Source: Haliotis rufescens (taxonomy: Eukaryota). From it: a stretch of 64,000 nt of DNA. Positions 1 to 12,295 of the stretch are shown one piece after another. The notes under the pieces are model-generated. The model saw only the letters and a program-made list of their open reading frames with translations, did no database searches and was not told the origin of the DNA. Where the stretch lies: contig NW_025963824.1 of the NCBI RefSeq assembly GCF_023055435.1, forward strand, positions 2,728,001 through 2,792,000, in the 5' to 3' direction. A program made the position numbers and the translations under genes. Every line of letters begins with the position of its first letter. Position 1 is the first letter of the stretch.

Positions 1-198
1 GAAGGGGAGAAAGGGAAGGAGAGAAAGGGAAGGAGAGAAAGGGAAAGGGGAGAAGGGAAAGGAGAGAAGGGAAAGGAGAGAAGGGAAGGGGAGAAGGGAA
101 AGGAGAGAAGGGAAAGGAAGAAGGGAAGGGGAGAAGGGAAAGGAGAGAAGGGAAGGGGAGAAAGGGAAGGAGAGAAGGGAAAGGAGAGAAGGAAGGAA
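1..198. repeat. Polypurine ~14-bp repeat (gaagggaaaggaga)n
   Basis: Pure G/A tract, intronic. Confidence 0.9.
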
Positions 199-311
199 AA
201 TATTAGGGTTTTTCACATTGTACCCTTTTAGGAATAGAACCTGTCACAAATGAGCAAAAACCCACCACCCCGACTGTCAGACTGACGACAGTCATGCGGT
301 TCATCACTCAC

Positions 312-525
312 CTGCCACAAACTCCATGACGATCATGACCGGCTGGCGCTGGGCTGCGATGCCAATGAAGCAGACGATGTTGGGGTGGTCATACTGCTTC
401 AGTATTCTCCCCTCCTGCAGGAACTTCTTCCTCTGCTCCTCTGACAGCGTGTCCTTGCACGTCTTCACCGCCACGATCAGGTTCTTGGGCGTGTACAAGC
501 CCTTGTATACCTCACCGAAGTTGCC
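312..525 (-). CDS. FER: FER coding exon 12 (kinase N-lobe); gene continues beyond the window start
   Basis: gtgcag|GGCAAC...GTGGCAG|gtgagt; GNFGEVYKG...VAVKTCK...[18 protein letters not shown] is typical of the FER/FES kinase. Confidence 0.95.
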
Positions 526-539
526 CTGCACATAACAAC

Positions 540-3412
540 AGTTTAACAACACTGAGCAGTATCTCAGTTATACCATGGTATGTCAGAGGTAGTTTAACAA
601 CACTGAGCAGTATCTCAGTTATACCATGGTATGTCAGAGTTAGTTTAACAACACTGAGCTGTATCTCAGTTATACCATGGTATGTCAGAGAGTTAGTTTA
701 ACAACACTGAGCTGTATCTCAGTCATACCATGGTATGTCAGAGGTAGTTTAACAACACTGAGCTGTATCTCAGTTATACCATGGTATGTCAGAGAGTTAG
801 TTTAACAACACTGAGCTGTATCTCAGTCATACCATGGTATGTCAGAGGTAGTTTAACAACACTGAGCTGTATCTCAGTTATACCATGGTATGTCAGAGTT
901 AGTTTAACAACACTGAGCTGTATCTCAGTTATACCATGGTATGTCAGAGAGTTAGTTTAACAACACTGAGCTGTATCTCAGTCATACCATGGTATGTCAG
1001 AGTTAGTTTAACAACACTGAGCTGTATCTCAGTTATACCATGGTATGTCAGAGTTAGTTTAACAACACTGAGCTGTATCTCAGTTATACCATGGTATGTC
1101 AGACAGTTAGTTTAATAACACTGAGCTGTATCTCAGTCATACCATGGTATGTCAGAGTTAGTTTAACAACACTGAGCTGTATCTCAGTTATACCATGGTA
1201 TGTCAGAGAGTTAGTTTAACAACACTGAGCTGTATCTCAGTCATACCATGGTATGTCAGAGGTAGTTTAACAACACTGAGCAGTATCTCAGTCATACCAT
1301 GGTATGTCAGAGTTAGTTTAACAACACTGAGCAGTATCTCAGTTATAACATGGTATGTCAGAGTTAGTTTAACAACACTGAGCAGTATCTCAGTTATACC
1401 ATGGTATGTCAGAGTTAGTTTAACAACACTGAGCAGTATCTCAGTTATACCATGGTATGTCAGAGTTAGTTTAACAACACTGAGCTGTATCTCAGTTATA
1501 CCGTGGTATGTCAGAGTTAGTTTAACAACACTGAGCTGTATCTCAGTTATATCATGGTATGTCAGAGTTAGTTTAACAACACTGAGCAGTATCTCACTTA
1601 TATCATGGTATGTCAGAGTTAGTATAACAACACTGAGCAGTATCTCAGTTATAACATGGTATGTCAGAGTTAGTTTAACAACACTGAGCAGTATCTCAGT
1701 TATATCATGGTATGTCAGAGTTAGTATAACAACACTGAGCAGTATCTCAGTTATAACATGGTATGTCAGAGTTAGTTTAACAACACTGAGCAGTATCTCA
1801 GTTATACCATGGTATGTCAGAGTTAGTTTAACAACACTGAGCAGTATCTCAGTTATAGCATGGTATGTCAGAGTTAGTTTAACAACACTGAGCAGTATCT
1901 CAGTTATAGCATGGTATGTCAGGGAGTTAGTTTAACAACACTGAGCAGTATCTCAGTTATATCATGGTATGTCAGAGTTAGTTTAACAACACTGAGCAGT
2001 ATCTCAGTTATAACATGGTATGTCAGAGTTAGTTTAACAACACTGAGCTGTATCTCAGTTATATCATGGTATGTCAGAGTTAGTTTAACAACACTGAGCA
2101 GTATCTCAGTTATATCATGGTATGTCAGAGTTAGTATAACAACACTGAGCTGTATCTCAGTTATAACATGGTATGTCAGAGTTAGTTTAACAACACTGAG
2201 CAGTATCTCAGTTATATCATGGTATGTCAGAGTTAGTATAACAACACTGAGCAGTATCTCAGTTATAACATGGTATGTCAGAGTTAGTTTAACAACACTG
2301 AGCAGTATCTCAGTTATACCATGGTATGTCAGAGTTAGTTTAACAACACTGAGCAGTATCTCAGTTATAGCATGGTATGTCAGAGTTAGTTTAACAACAC
2401 TGAGCTGTATCTCAGTTATAGCATGGTATGTCAGAGTTAGTTTAACAACACTGAGCAGTATCTCAGTTATAGCATGGTATGTCAGGGAGTTAGTTTAACA
2501 ACACTGAGCAGTATCTCAGTTATATCATGGTATGTCAGAGTTAGTTTAACAACACTGAGCAGTATCTCAGTTATAACATGGTATGTCAGAGTTAGTTTAA
2601 CAACACTGAGCAGTATCTCAGTTATACCATGGTATGTCAGAGTTAGTTTAACAACACTGAGCAGTATCTCAGTTATACCATGGTATGTCAGAGTTAGTTT
2701 AACAACACTGAGCTGTATCTCAGTTATACCGTGGTATGTCAGAGTTAGTTTAACAACACTGAGCTGTATCTCAGTTATATCATGGTATGTCAGAGTTAGT
2801 TTAACAACACTGAGCAGTATCTCACTTATATCATGGTATGTCAGAGTTAGTATAACAACACTGAGCAGTATCTCAGTTATAACATGGTATGTCAGAGTTA
2901 GTTTAACAACACTGAGCAGTATCTCAGTTATATCATGGTATGTCAGAGTTAGTATAACAACACTGAGCAGTATCTCAGTTATAACATGGTATGTCAGAGT
3001 TAGTTTAACAACACTGAGCAGTATCTCAGTTATACCATGGTATGTCAGAGTTAGTTTAACAACACTGAGCAGTATCTCAGTTATACCATGGTATGTCAGA
3101 GTTAGTTTAACAACACTGAGCTGTATCTCAGTTATACCGTGGTATGTCAGAGTTAGTTTAACAACACTGAGCTGTATCTCAGTTATATCATGGTATGTCA
3201 GAGTTAGTTTAACAACACTGAGCAGTATCTCAGTTATATCATGGTATGTCAGAGTTAGTATAACAACACTGAGCAGTATCTCAGTTATAACATGGTATGT
3301 CAGAGTTAGTTTAACAACACTGAGCAGTATCTCAGTTATATCATGGTATGTCAGAGTTAGTTTAACAACACTGAGCAGTATCTCAGTTATACCATGGTAT
3401 GTCAGGGAGTTA
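540..3412. repeat. 51-bp minisatellite (~56 copies) starting ~13 nt from the exon-12 acceptor
   Basis: Unit agtttaacaacactgagcagtatctcagttataccatggtatgtcagagtt; 17-aa periodicity in the ORF track. Confidence 0.95.
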
Positions 3413-3575
3413 GAAATTATGGTATTATTATAATCATTGTAGGCCTTCTTAATTCTTTGGAGACATTTGATAAATTAATCTGAAATTTCTTAAATTTGAA
3501 GCATATTATTGAATTTGATCTCTAAAGACCTTGACCTAAAATGTCATCCAACTTGCACACCCTCTTTTGACTCAC

Positions 3576-3755
3576 ATTTCCAATCTTCATCTCGAGTGAG
3601 ATGTCATCGTTCATGAGCTCCCACTCTTCGCGGAGGATGGGCGTCTGCAGGATGGCCTGGGACTTGGTCGTGACTGGCTCGCCAGAGCAGTGCTGCTGGA
3701 AGATCAGCTCTGGGATGGTGGGGTGCGACATGCCCTCAAACTTCCACGCCCCGTT
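3576..3755 (-). CDS. FER: FER coding exon 11 (SH2 C-half, start of kinase domain)
   Basis: tttcag|AACGGG...GGAAAT|gtgagt; WKFEGMSHPTIPELI...PVTTKSQAILQTPILREEWELMNDDISLEMKIGN; 180 nt. Confidence 0.93.
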
Positions 3756-3840
3756 CTGAAACCCAGCCCACACCACTCAGGAGGGGGATCCCAGTCAGCA
3801 ATATCTCCACCAGCAGCAACAACAACAACATCTAACAACA

Positions 3841-5586
3841 ACATCTCCCTTACCGAGGAAGTGTTTATATCCTGATTAATACACACATACTTACATCTCC
3901 CTCAATGATGAAGTGTTTATATCCTGATTAATACACACATACTTACATCTCCCTCAATGATGAAGTGTTTATATCCTGATTAATACACAGATACTTACAT
4001 CTCCCTGATTGATGAAGTGTTTATATCCTGATTAATACACACATACTTACATCTCCCTGAACGATGAAGTGTTTATATCCTGATTAATACACAGATATTT
4101 ACATCTCCCTGAACGATGAAGTGTTTATATCCTGATTAATACACACATACTTACATCTCCCTGAATGATGAAGTGTTTATATCCTGATTAATACACAGAT
4201 ATTTACATCTCCCTGAATGATGAAGTGTTTATATCCTGATTAATACACACATACTTACATCTCCCTGAATAATGAAGTGTTTATATCCTGATTAATACAC
4301 AGAGACTTACATCTCCCTGAATGATGAAGTGTTTATATCCTGATTAATACACAGATACTTACATCTCCCTGAATGATGAAGTGTTTATATCCTGATTAAT
4401 ACACACATACTTACATCTCCCTGAATGATGAAGTGTTTATATCCTGATTAATACACAGATACTTACATCTCCCTGAATGATGAAGTGTTTATATCCTGAT
4501 TAATACACAGATACTTACATCTCCCTGATTGATGAAGTGTTTATATCCTGATTAATACACACATACTTACATCTCCCTGATTGATGAAGTGTTTATATCC
4601 TGATTAATACACAGATACTTACATCTCCCTGAATGATGAAGTGTTTATATCCTGATTAATACACACATACTTACATCTCCCTGAATGATGAAGTGTTTAT
4701 ATCCTGATTAATACACACATACTTACATCTCCCTCAATGATGAAGTGTTTATATCCTGATTAATACACACATACTTACATCTCCCTGAATGATGAAGTGT
4801 TTATATCCTGATTAATACACACATACTTACATCTCCCTGAATGATGAAGTGTTTATATCCTGATTAATACAAACATACTTACATTTCCCTCAATGATGAA
4901 GTGTTTATATCCTGATTAATACACACATACTTACATCTCCCTCAATGATGAAGTGTTTATATCCTGATTAATACACAGATACTTACATCTCACTCAATGA
5001 TGAAGTGTTTATATCCTGATTAATACACAGAGACTTACATCTCCCTGAATGATGAAGTGTTTATATCCTGATTAATACACAGAGACTTACATCTCCCTGA
5101 ATGATGAAGTGTTTATATCCTGATTAATACACACATTCTTACATCTCCCTCAATGATGAAGTGTTTATATCCTGATTAATACACACATACTTACATCTCC
5201 CTGAATGATGAAGTGTTTATATCCTGATTAATACACACATACTTACATCTCCCTGATTGATGAAGTGTTTATATCCTGATTAATACACACATACTTACAT
5301 CTCCCTCAATGATGAAGTGTTTATATCCTGATTAATACACACATACTTACATCTCCCTCAATGATGAAGTGTTTATATCCTGATTAATACACACATACTT
5401 ACATCTCCCTGAATCATGAAGTGTTTATATCCTGATTAATACACACATACTTACATCTCCCTGAATCATGAAGTGTTTATATCCTGATTAATACAGATAC
5501 TTACATCTGCCTGAATGATGAAGTGTTTATATCCTGATTAATACACACATACTTACATCTCCCTGAATGATGAAGTGTTTATATCC
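3841..5586. repeat. 52-bp minisatellite (~33 copies) = last 29 nt of exon 10 + donor + intron start
   Basis: Minus-strand unit GATATAAACACTTCATCATTCAGGGAGAT|GTAAGTATGTGTGTATTAATCAG is continuous with the exon end. Confidence 0.95.
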
Positions 5587-5760
5587 AGACCAGTATACAG
5601 ACAACACATATTGGGTCTCATTTGTTCGTTTGTTTTTACTCTCGCGCACAAGATAGTCTCCGTCATTATTCAGCAGTCTCTGAACCTCCTCCCGCGGCAG
5701 CACTCCATGGAACCACTCCTCATCTTCTAGACGCGACTTTGGCTGTGGGATCCCCACGTC
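5557..5760 (-). CDS. FER: FER coding exon 10 (SH2 N-half)
   Basis: gtgcag|GACGTG...GGAGAT|gtaagt; [27 protein letters not shown]...YVLSVYW is the SH2 signature; 204 nt. Confidence 0.93.
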
Positions 5761-5914
5761 CTGCACACAAGAGGATGAGATTGTCAGTAACATCAGCAAG
5801 TCTACGATGCAAACAGCAGTTATATATCCCTGCACACAAGAGGATGAGATTGTCAGTAACATCAGTTAGTCTGCAATGCATACAGTAGAAATATCATATT
5901 CAAGGAGACATTCA

Positions 5915-6914
5915 TCTGCTTAGTCCTGCCTCCCTCATCACCCACCTCCTTAAGCCCTGCCTCCCTCATCACCCACCTGCATGAGTCCTGCCTCCCTCAT
6001 CACCCATCTGCCTAAGTCCCGCCTCCCTCATCACCCACCTGCATGAGTCCAGCCTCCCTCATCACCCACCTCCTTAAGCCCCGCCTCCCTCATCACCCAC
6101 CTATATAAGCCCCGTCTCCCTCATCACCCACCTGCACGAGTCCTGCCTCCCTCATCACCCACCTCATCACCCACCTCCTTAAGCCCCGCCTCCCTCATCA
6201 CCCACCTGCACGAGTCCTGCCTCCCTCATCATCCACCTCCTTAAGCCCCGCCTCCCTCATCACCCACCTGCATGAGTCCTGCCTCCCTCATCACCCACCT
6301 GCATAAGCCCCGCCTCCCTCATCACCCACCTGCATGAGTCCCGCCTCACTCATCACCCACCTGCATAAGCCCTGTCTCCCTCATCACCCACCTGCATGAG
6401 TCCCACCTACCTCATCACCCACCTGCATAAGCCCCGCCTCCCTCATCACCCACCTGCATGAGTCCCACCTACCTCATCACCCACCTGCATAAGCCCTGTC
6501 TCCCTCATCGCCCACCTGCACGAGTCCTGCTTCCCTCATCACCCACCTACATAAGCCCCGCCTCCCTCATCACCCACCTATATAAGCCCCGCCTCCCTCA
6601 TCACCCACCTGCATGAGTCCCGCCTCCCTCATCACCCACCTACATAATCCCCGCCTCCCTCATCACCCACCTACATAATCCCCGCCTCCCTCATCACCCA
6701 CCTACATAATCCCCGCCTCCCTCATCACTCACCTGCATGAGTCCCGCCTCCCACATCACCCACCTCCTTAAGCCCCGCCTCCCTCATCACCCACCTACAT
6801 AATCCCCGCCTCCCTCATCACCCACCTACATAATCCCCGCCTCCCTCATCACTCACCTGCATGAGTCCCGCCTCCCTCATCACCCACCTGCATGAGTCCC
6901 GCCTCCCTCATCAC
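5915..6914. repeat. 31-bp minisatellite (~31 copies) = last 27 nt of exon 9 + GTGG
   Basis: Minus-strand unit GTGGGTGATGAGGGAGGCGGGACTCATGCAG. Confidence 0.93.
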
Positions 6915-7139
6915 GTTCATGGAGGCCCGGGGGCCATTAGTGAAGCTGCCGGGCTCCGTCTGCTCATAGCTCTCCCGGACACCCCGACCTGTCTCCAAGA
7001 GGTCGTCCCGGCTGGACTTGTCGACATCATCCCGGCTAGACTTGAGGCCCTGGTTGGCCTTCCGCAGTCCGGGAATGTTGGGAAGGGAGAACTTCTTCTT
7101 CTTCCCAGTGGAGGATGTGGACGTGTTGGAACACGTCTC
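6888..7139 (-). CDS. FER: FER coding exon 9 (linker before SH2)
   Basis: ttgcag|GAGACG...ATGCAG|gtgggt; 252 nt open frame; this donor keeps phase 0 into the SH2 exon. Confidence 0.72.
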
Positions 7140-7234
7140 CTGCAAGGTCGAGGTCAGTGATAAGGGTCAAGGTCAGTGTAAAGGAAACATGTCAACAGGA
7201 TTAACAGAATAAACAAGCAGAACCCACCAGATGA

Positions 7235-7482
7235 GAGTGAGTGAGTGAGTGAGTTGGGTTTACTGCCGTTTTAACAGTATTCAAGTTATATCGCTGCGTG
7301 TCAGCTTAATGTGGGAGGAAAGCCCGAAGTGATGCAGTTCTCAGACGTTAAGCACTTTGGTGAAACCCATGAGCATGGGTATGATGCTGACAAACCTAGA
7401 AACATAATCGGTGTGAACCGGGATTCAAACCCTCAATCATAGGTTTCTGGCGTGCCTAAGGGACGCAACTCGGCACAGCGAA
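7235..7482 (-). mobile_element. SINE family A copy
   Basis: Homologous to 58554-58836. Confidence 0.8.
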
Positions 7483-7514
7483 TGGAGGTTAGTTTATTTA
7501 ATGGCACAACTCAC

Positions 7515-7683
7515 CAGGTCTCCGTTCTCCTGCAAGTCTGTGAGCACTGGAGGGGGGTTGTCTCCCAGCTCATCCAGACCCCGCCCGATGTACGACTGCA
7601 TCTCCGTCAACCTCTCCACCCGCACCTTCTCCTCTGCAATCTCCTTCTTCAAAATCTCCTGCTGCTTCCGTTTATCCACGTAC
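7515..7683 (-). CDS. FER: FER coding exon 8
   Basis: ttgtag|GTACGTG...GACCTG|gtgagt; YVDKRKQQEILKKEIAEEKVR...LDELGDNPPPVL; 169 nt, phase 2-0. Confidence 0.85.
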
Positions 7684-7689
7684 CTACAA

Positions 7690-7930
7690 CACATCATCAT
7701 GCGTCATCACTCGCAGGAGCGTACACTGTGTGTGACTCACATCATCATGCGTCATCACTCGCAGGAGTGTACACTGTGTGTGACTCACATCATCATGCGT
7801 CATCACTCGCAGGAGTGTACACTGTGTGTGACTCACATCATCATGCGTCATCACTCACAGGAGTGTACTCTGTGTGTGACTCACATCATCATGCGTCATC
7901 ACTCGCAGGAGTTTACACTGTGTGTGACTC
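7690..7930. repeat. 48-bp repeat x5 abutting the exon-8 acceptor
   Basis: Unit acatcatcatgcgtcatcactcgcaggagtgtacactgtgtgtgactc. Confidence 0.9.
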
Positions 7931-10349
7931 ATCGTGTGATGGTGTCAAGGGTGTGTGACTCACTGTGTGATAGTGTCGAGGGTGTAACTCACTGTGTGAT
8001 AGTGTCGAGGATGTGTAACTCACTGTGTGACAGTGTCAAGGGTGTGTGACTCACTGTGTGATAGTGTCGAGGATGTGTAACTCACTGTGTGATAGTGTCG
8101 AGGGTGTGTAACTCACTGTGTGACAGTGTAGAGGATGTGTAACTCACTGTGTGATAGTGTCGAGGGTGTGTAACTCACTGTGTGACAGTGTCAAGGGTGT
8201 GTGACTCACTGTGTGATAGTGTCAAGGGTGTGTAACTCACTGTGTGATGGTGTCGAGGGTGTGACTCACTGTGTGATAGTGTCGAGGGTGTGTGACTCAC
8301 TGTGTGATAGTGTCGAGGGTGTGTGACTCACTGTGTGACAGTGTCAAGGGTGTAACTCACTGTGTGATAGTGTCAAGGGTGTGTGACTCACTGTGTGATA
8401 GTGTCGAGGATGTGACTCACTGTGTGATGGTGTTGAGGGTGTGTGACTTACTGTGTGATGGTGTTGAGGGTGTGACTCACTGTGTGATAGTGTAGAGGGT
8501 GTGACTCACTGTGTGATAGTATCAAGGGTGTGTAACTCACTGTGTGATGGTGTTGAGGGTGTGTAACTCACTGTGTGATAGTGTAGAGGGTGTGACTCAC
8601 TGTGATAGTGTCAAGGGTGTGTAACTCACTGTGTGATGGTGTCGAGGGTGTGAATCACTGTGTGATGGTGTAGAGGGTGTGTGACTCACTCTGTAATAGT
8701 GTCAAGGTTGTGTGACTCACTGTGTGATAGTGTCAAGGGTGTGTGACTCACTGTGTGATAGTGTCGAGGATGTGTAACTCACTGTGTCATAGTGTCAAGG
8801 GTGTGTGACTCACTGTGTGATAGTGTCAAGGGTGTGTGACTCACTGTGTGATGGTGTAGAGGGTGTGTGACTCACTGTGTGATAGTGTCAAGGGTGTGTG
8901 ACTCACTGTGTGATAGTGTCAAGGGTGTGTAACTCACTGTGTGATAGTGTCAAGGGTGTGTGACTCACTGTGTGATGGTGTCGAGGGTGTGACTCACTGT
9001 GTGATGGTGTAGAGGGTGTGTGACTCACTGTGTGATAGTGTCAAGGGTGTGTGACTCACTGTGTGATAGTGTCAAGGGTGTGTGACTCACTGTGTGATGG
9101 TGTCGAGGGTGTGACTCACTGTGTGATGGTGTAGAGGGTGTGTGACTCACTGTGTGATAGTGTCAAGGGTGTGTGACTCACTGTGTGATAGTGTCAAGGG
9201 TGTGTGACTCACTGTGTGATGGTGTAGAGGGTGTGTAACTCACTGTGTGATAGTGTCAAGGGTGTGTGACTCACTGTGTGATAGTGTCAAGGGTGTGTGA
9301 CTCACTGTGTGATGGTGTAGAGGGTGTGTGACTCACTGTGTGATAGTGTCAAGGGTGTGTGACTCACTGTGTGATAGTGTCAAGGGTGTGTGACTCACTG
9401 TGTGATAGTGTCAAGGGTGTGTAACTCACAGTGTGATAGTGTCAAGGGTGTGTAACTCACTGTGTGATAGTGTCAAGGGTGTGTAACTCACAGTGTGATA
9501 GTGTCAAGGGTGTGTAACTCACTGTGTGATAGTGTCAAGGGTGTGTGACTCACTGTGTGATAGTGTCAAGGGTGTGTGACTCACTGTGTGATGGTGTAGA
9601 GGGTGTGTGACTCACTGTGTGATAGTGTCAAGGGTGTGTGACTCACTGTGTGATAGTGTCAAGGGTGTGTGACTCACTGTGTGATAGTGTCAAGGGTGTG
9701 TAACTCACAGTGTGATAGTGTCAAGGGTGTGTAACTCACTGTGTGATAGTGTCAAGGGTGTGTAACTCACAGTGTGATAGTGTCAAGGGTGTGTAACTCA
9801 CTGTGTGATAGTGTCAAGGGTGTGTAACTCACAGTGTGATAGTGTCAAGGGTGTGTAACTCACAGTGTGATAGTGTCGAGGATGTGTAACTCACTGTGTG
9901 ATGCTGTCGAGGGTGTGTGACTCACTGTGTGATAGTGTCGAAGGTGTGTAACTCACAGTGTGATAGTGTCAAGGGTGTGTAACTCACAGTGTGATAGTGT
10001 CAAGGGTGTGTGACTCACTGTGTGATAGTGTCAAGGGTGTGTAACTCACAGTGTGATAGTGTCAAGGGTGTGTAACTCACTGTGTGATAGTGTCAAGGGT
10101 GTGTAACTCACAGTGTGATAGTGTCAAGGGTGTGTAACTCACAGTGTGATAGTGTCGAGGATGTGTAACTCACTGTGTGATGCTGTCGAGGGTGTGTGAC
10201 TCACTGTGTGATAGTGTCGAAGGTGTGTAACTCACAGTGTGATAGTGTCAAGGGTGTGTAACTCACAGTGTGATAGTGTCAAGGGTGTGTGACTCACTGT
10301 GTGATAGTGTCAAGGGTGTGTAACTCACTGTGTGATAGTGTCGAGGGTG
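7930..10349. repeat. 29-31-bp minisatellite (~78 copies) = end of exon 7 + GTGAGT donor
   Basis: Minus-strand unit ACCCTTGACACTATCACACA|GTGAGTTACAC matches the exon end ACCCTCGACACTATCACACA|gtgagt. Confidence 0.95.
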
Positions 10350-10469
10350 CGGTCCTCCTCCACCTTGTCCTCCAGCCCATGCACCTCTGCTGCTACGTCC
10401 TGCAGCAATGACGTCTTCTGGTCCATTGTCGACTGTGAGGCTGCCAACTGATCCCCATACTCCGACTTC
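10329..10469 (-). CDS. FER: FER coding exon 7 (coiled-coil/FX region)
   Basis: gtgtag|GAAGTCG...ATCACACA|gtgagt; KSEYGDQLAASQSTMDQKTSLLQDVAAEVHGLEDKVEEDRTLDTIT; 141 nt, phase 2-2. Confidence 0.82.
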
Positions 10470-10920
10470 CTACACAACACACAATTCCATCTTACACAAC
10501 ACCATCTTACTCAAGCCCTCCTTCCCAGAGAGTACCAACACCAACACAGTGTATATGGTCATGTATTCCTGCTGAGTCAGCAACTTGCTCCATCTTACAC
10601 CACCCTCCATTGGTTGGTTTTATATGATTATGTCGGATTTACGAGTATGTCGGATAAACGAAATTAAGTAGCACAACGTTTGTGAACGAAAATCTGACAA
10701 CTAAATGATAGAAAATGATACAAAACGTAATAAAAAATGAAAATCATGTAACCTCTAAAGCTTAAGAACTTTTACGGATTAAAAATACTTTAAAAAGCAT
10801 AGTCTGGAATGTCGCAAGTTTGAAACTGGTACCGCAAAGCATCAGATAAAGCCGATTGTCGGAGTAATGAGTGTCGGATTAAAGAGACTTGACTGTATTC
10901 CTGCTGAGTCAGCAACTTAC

Positions 10921-11043
10921 TTGTGCTGTAGAGATTCACAGGTGGCGTCGTCCAGCTGCAGATTGCTAGGTTTCAGGACACCCTTGTAGTCATCCAGCAG
11001 CTTGTCATCAAAGTCAAACGTCACCGCCAACAACTTCTCACTC
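10921..11043 (-). CDS. FER: FER coding exon 6
   Basis: ttacag|GAGTGAG...CAGCACAA|gtaagt; SEKLLAVTFDFDDKLLDDYKGVLKPSNLQLDDATCESLQH; 123 nt, phase 2-2. Confidence 0.85.
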
Positions 11044-12150
11044 CTGTAACATGGGGAACAAGAGTTTCACTACTTCTCACTCCTGTAACATGGGGAACAA
11101 CGGTTTCTCGCTCCTGTAACATGGGGAACAACGGTTTCACAACTTCTCACTCCTGTAACATGGGAAACAAGGGTTTCACTACTTCTCACTCCTGTAACAT
11201 GGGGAACAAGGGTTTCTCGCTCCTGTAACATGGGGAACAACGGTTTCACAACTTCTCACTCCTGTAACATGGGGAACAAGAGTTTCACTACTTCTCACTC
11301 CTGTAACATGGGGAACAAGGGTTTCACAACTTCTCACTCCTGTAACATGGGGAACAAGGGTTTCACTACTTCTCACTCCTGTAACATGGGGAACAACGGT
11401 TCCAGTACTTCTCACTCCTGTAACATGGGGAACAAGGGTTTCACTACTTCTCACTCCTGTAACATGGGGAACAAGGGTTTCACTACTTCTCACTCCTGTA
11501 ACATGGGGAACAAGGGTTTCACTACTTCTCACTCCTGTAACATGGGGAACAAGGGTTTCAGTACTTCTCACTCCTGTAACCATGGTAACATGGGGAACAA
11601 GGGTTTCACTACTTCTCACTCCTGTAACATGGGGAACAAGGGTTTCTCACTCCTGTAACATGGGGAACAAGGGTTTCACAACTTCTCACTCCTGTAACAT
11701 GGGGAACAAGGGTTTCACTACTTCTCACTCATGTTACATGGGGAACAAGGGTTTCACTACTTCTCACTCCTGTAACATGGGGAACAAGGGTTTCACTACT
11801 TCTCACTCCTGTAACATGGGGAACAAGGGTTTCACTACTTCTCACTCCTGTAACATGGGGTACAAGGGTTTCACAACTTCTCACTCCTGTAACATGGAGA
11901 ACAAGGGTTTCTCGCTCCTGTAACATGGGGAACAAGGGTTTCACAACTTTTCACTCCTGTAACATGGGGAACAAGGGTTTCACAACTTCTCACTCCTGTT
12001 ACATGGGGAACAAGGGTTTCACAACTTCTCACTCCTGTAACATGGGGAACAAGGGTTTCACAACTTCTCACCCCTGTAACATGGGGAACAAGGGTTTCTC
12101 ACTCCTGTAACATGGGGAACAAGGGTTTCACGACCTCACATGGGGAACAA
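11033..12150. repeat. 39-bp (some 29-bp) minisatellite (~29 copies) = exon-6 acceptor + first 11 exon nt
   Basis: Minus-strand unit agtgaaacccttgttccccatgttacag|GAGTGAGAAGT. Confidence 0.95.
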
Positions 12151-12295
12151 GCTATAAGGGCTCAGGAGATAACCACAGTAGCATGACTAGGATCCTGGCA
12201 GGTCAAGGGTGATAACCCGGCAACTCTGAGGCACTCTTGAGACCAAACACTAACCAGGCCCAGACAAATGCCTACAAAGACAGGCACAGGAACCA

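Noticed and set aside
1195-3433. Long plus-strand ORFs (246, 195, 319 aa) of [17 protein letters not shown] repeats
   Set aside because: Result of a stop-free 51-bp unit; antisense within a FER intron and broken by 2-bp indels
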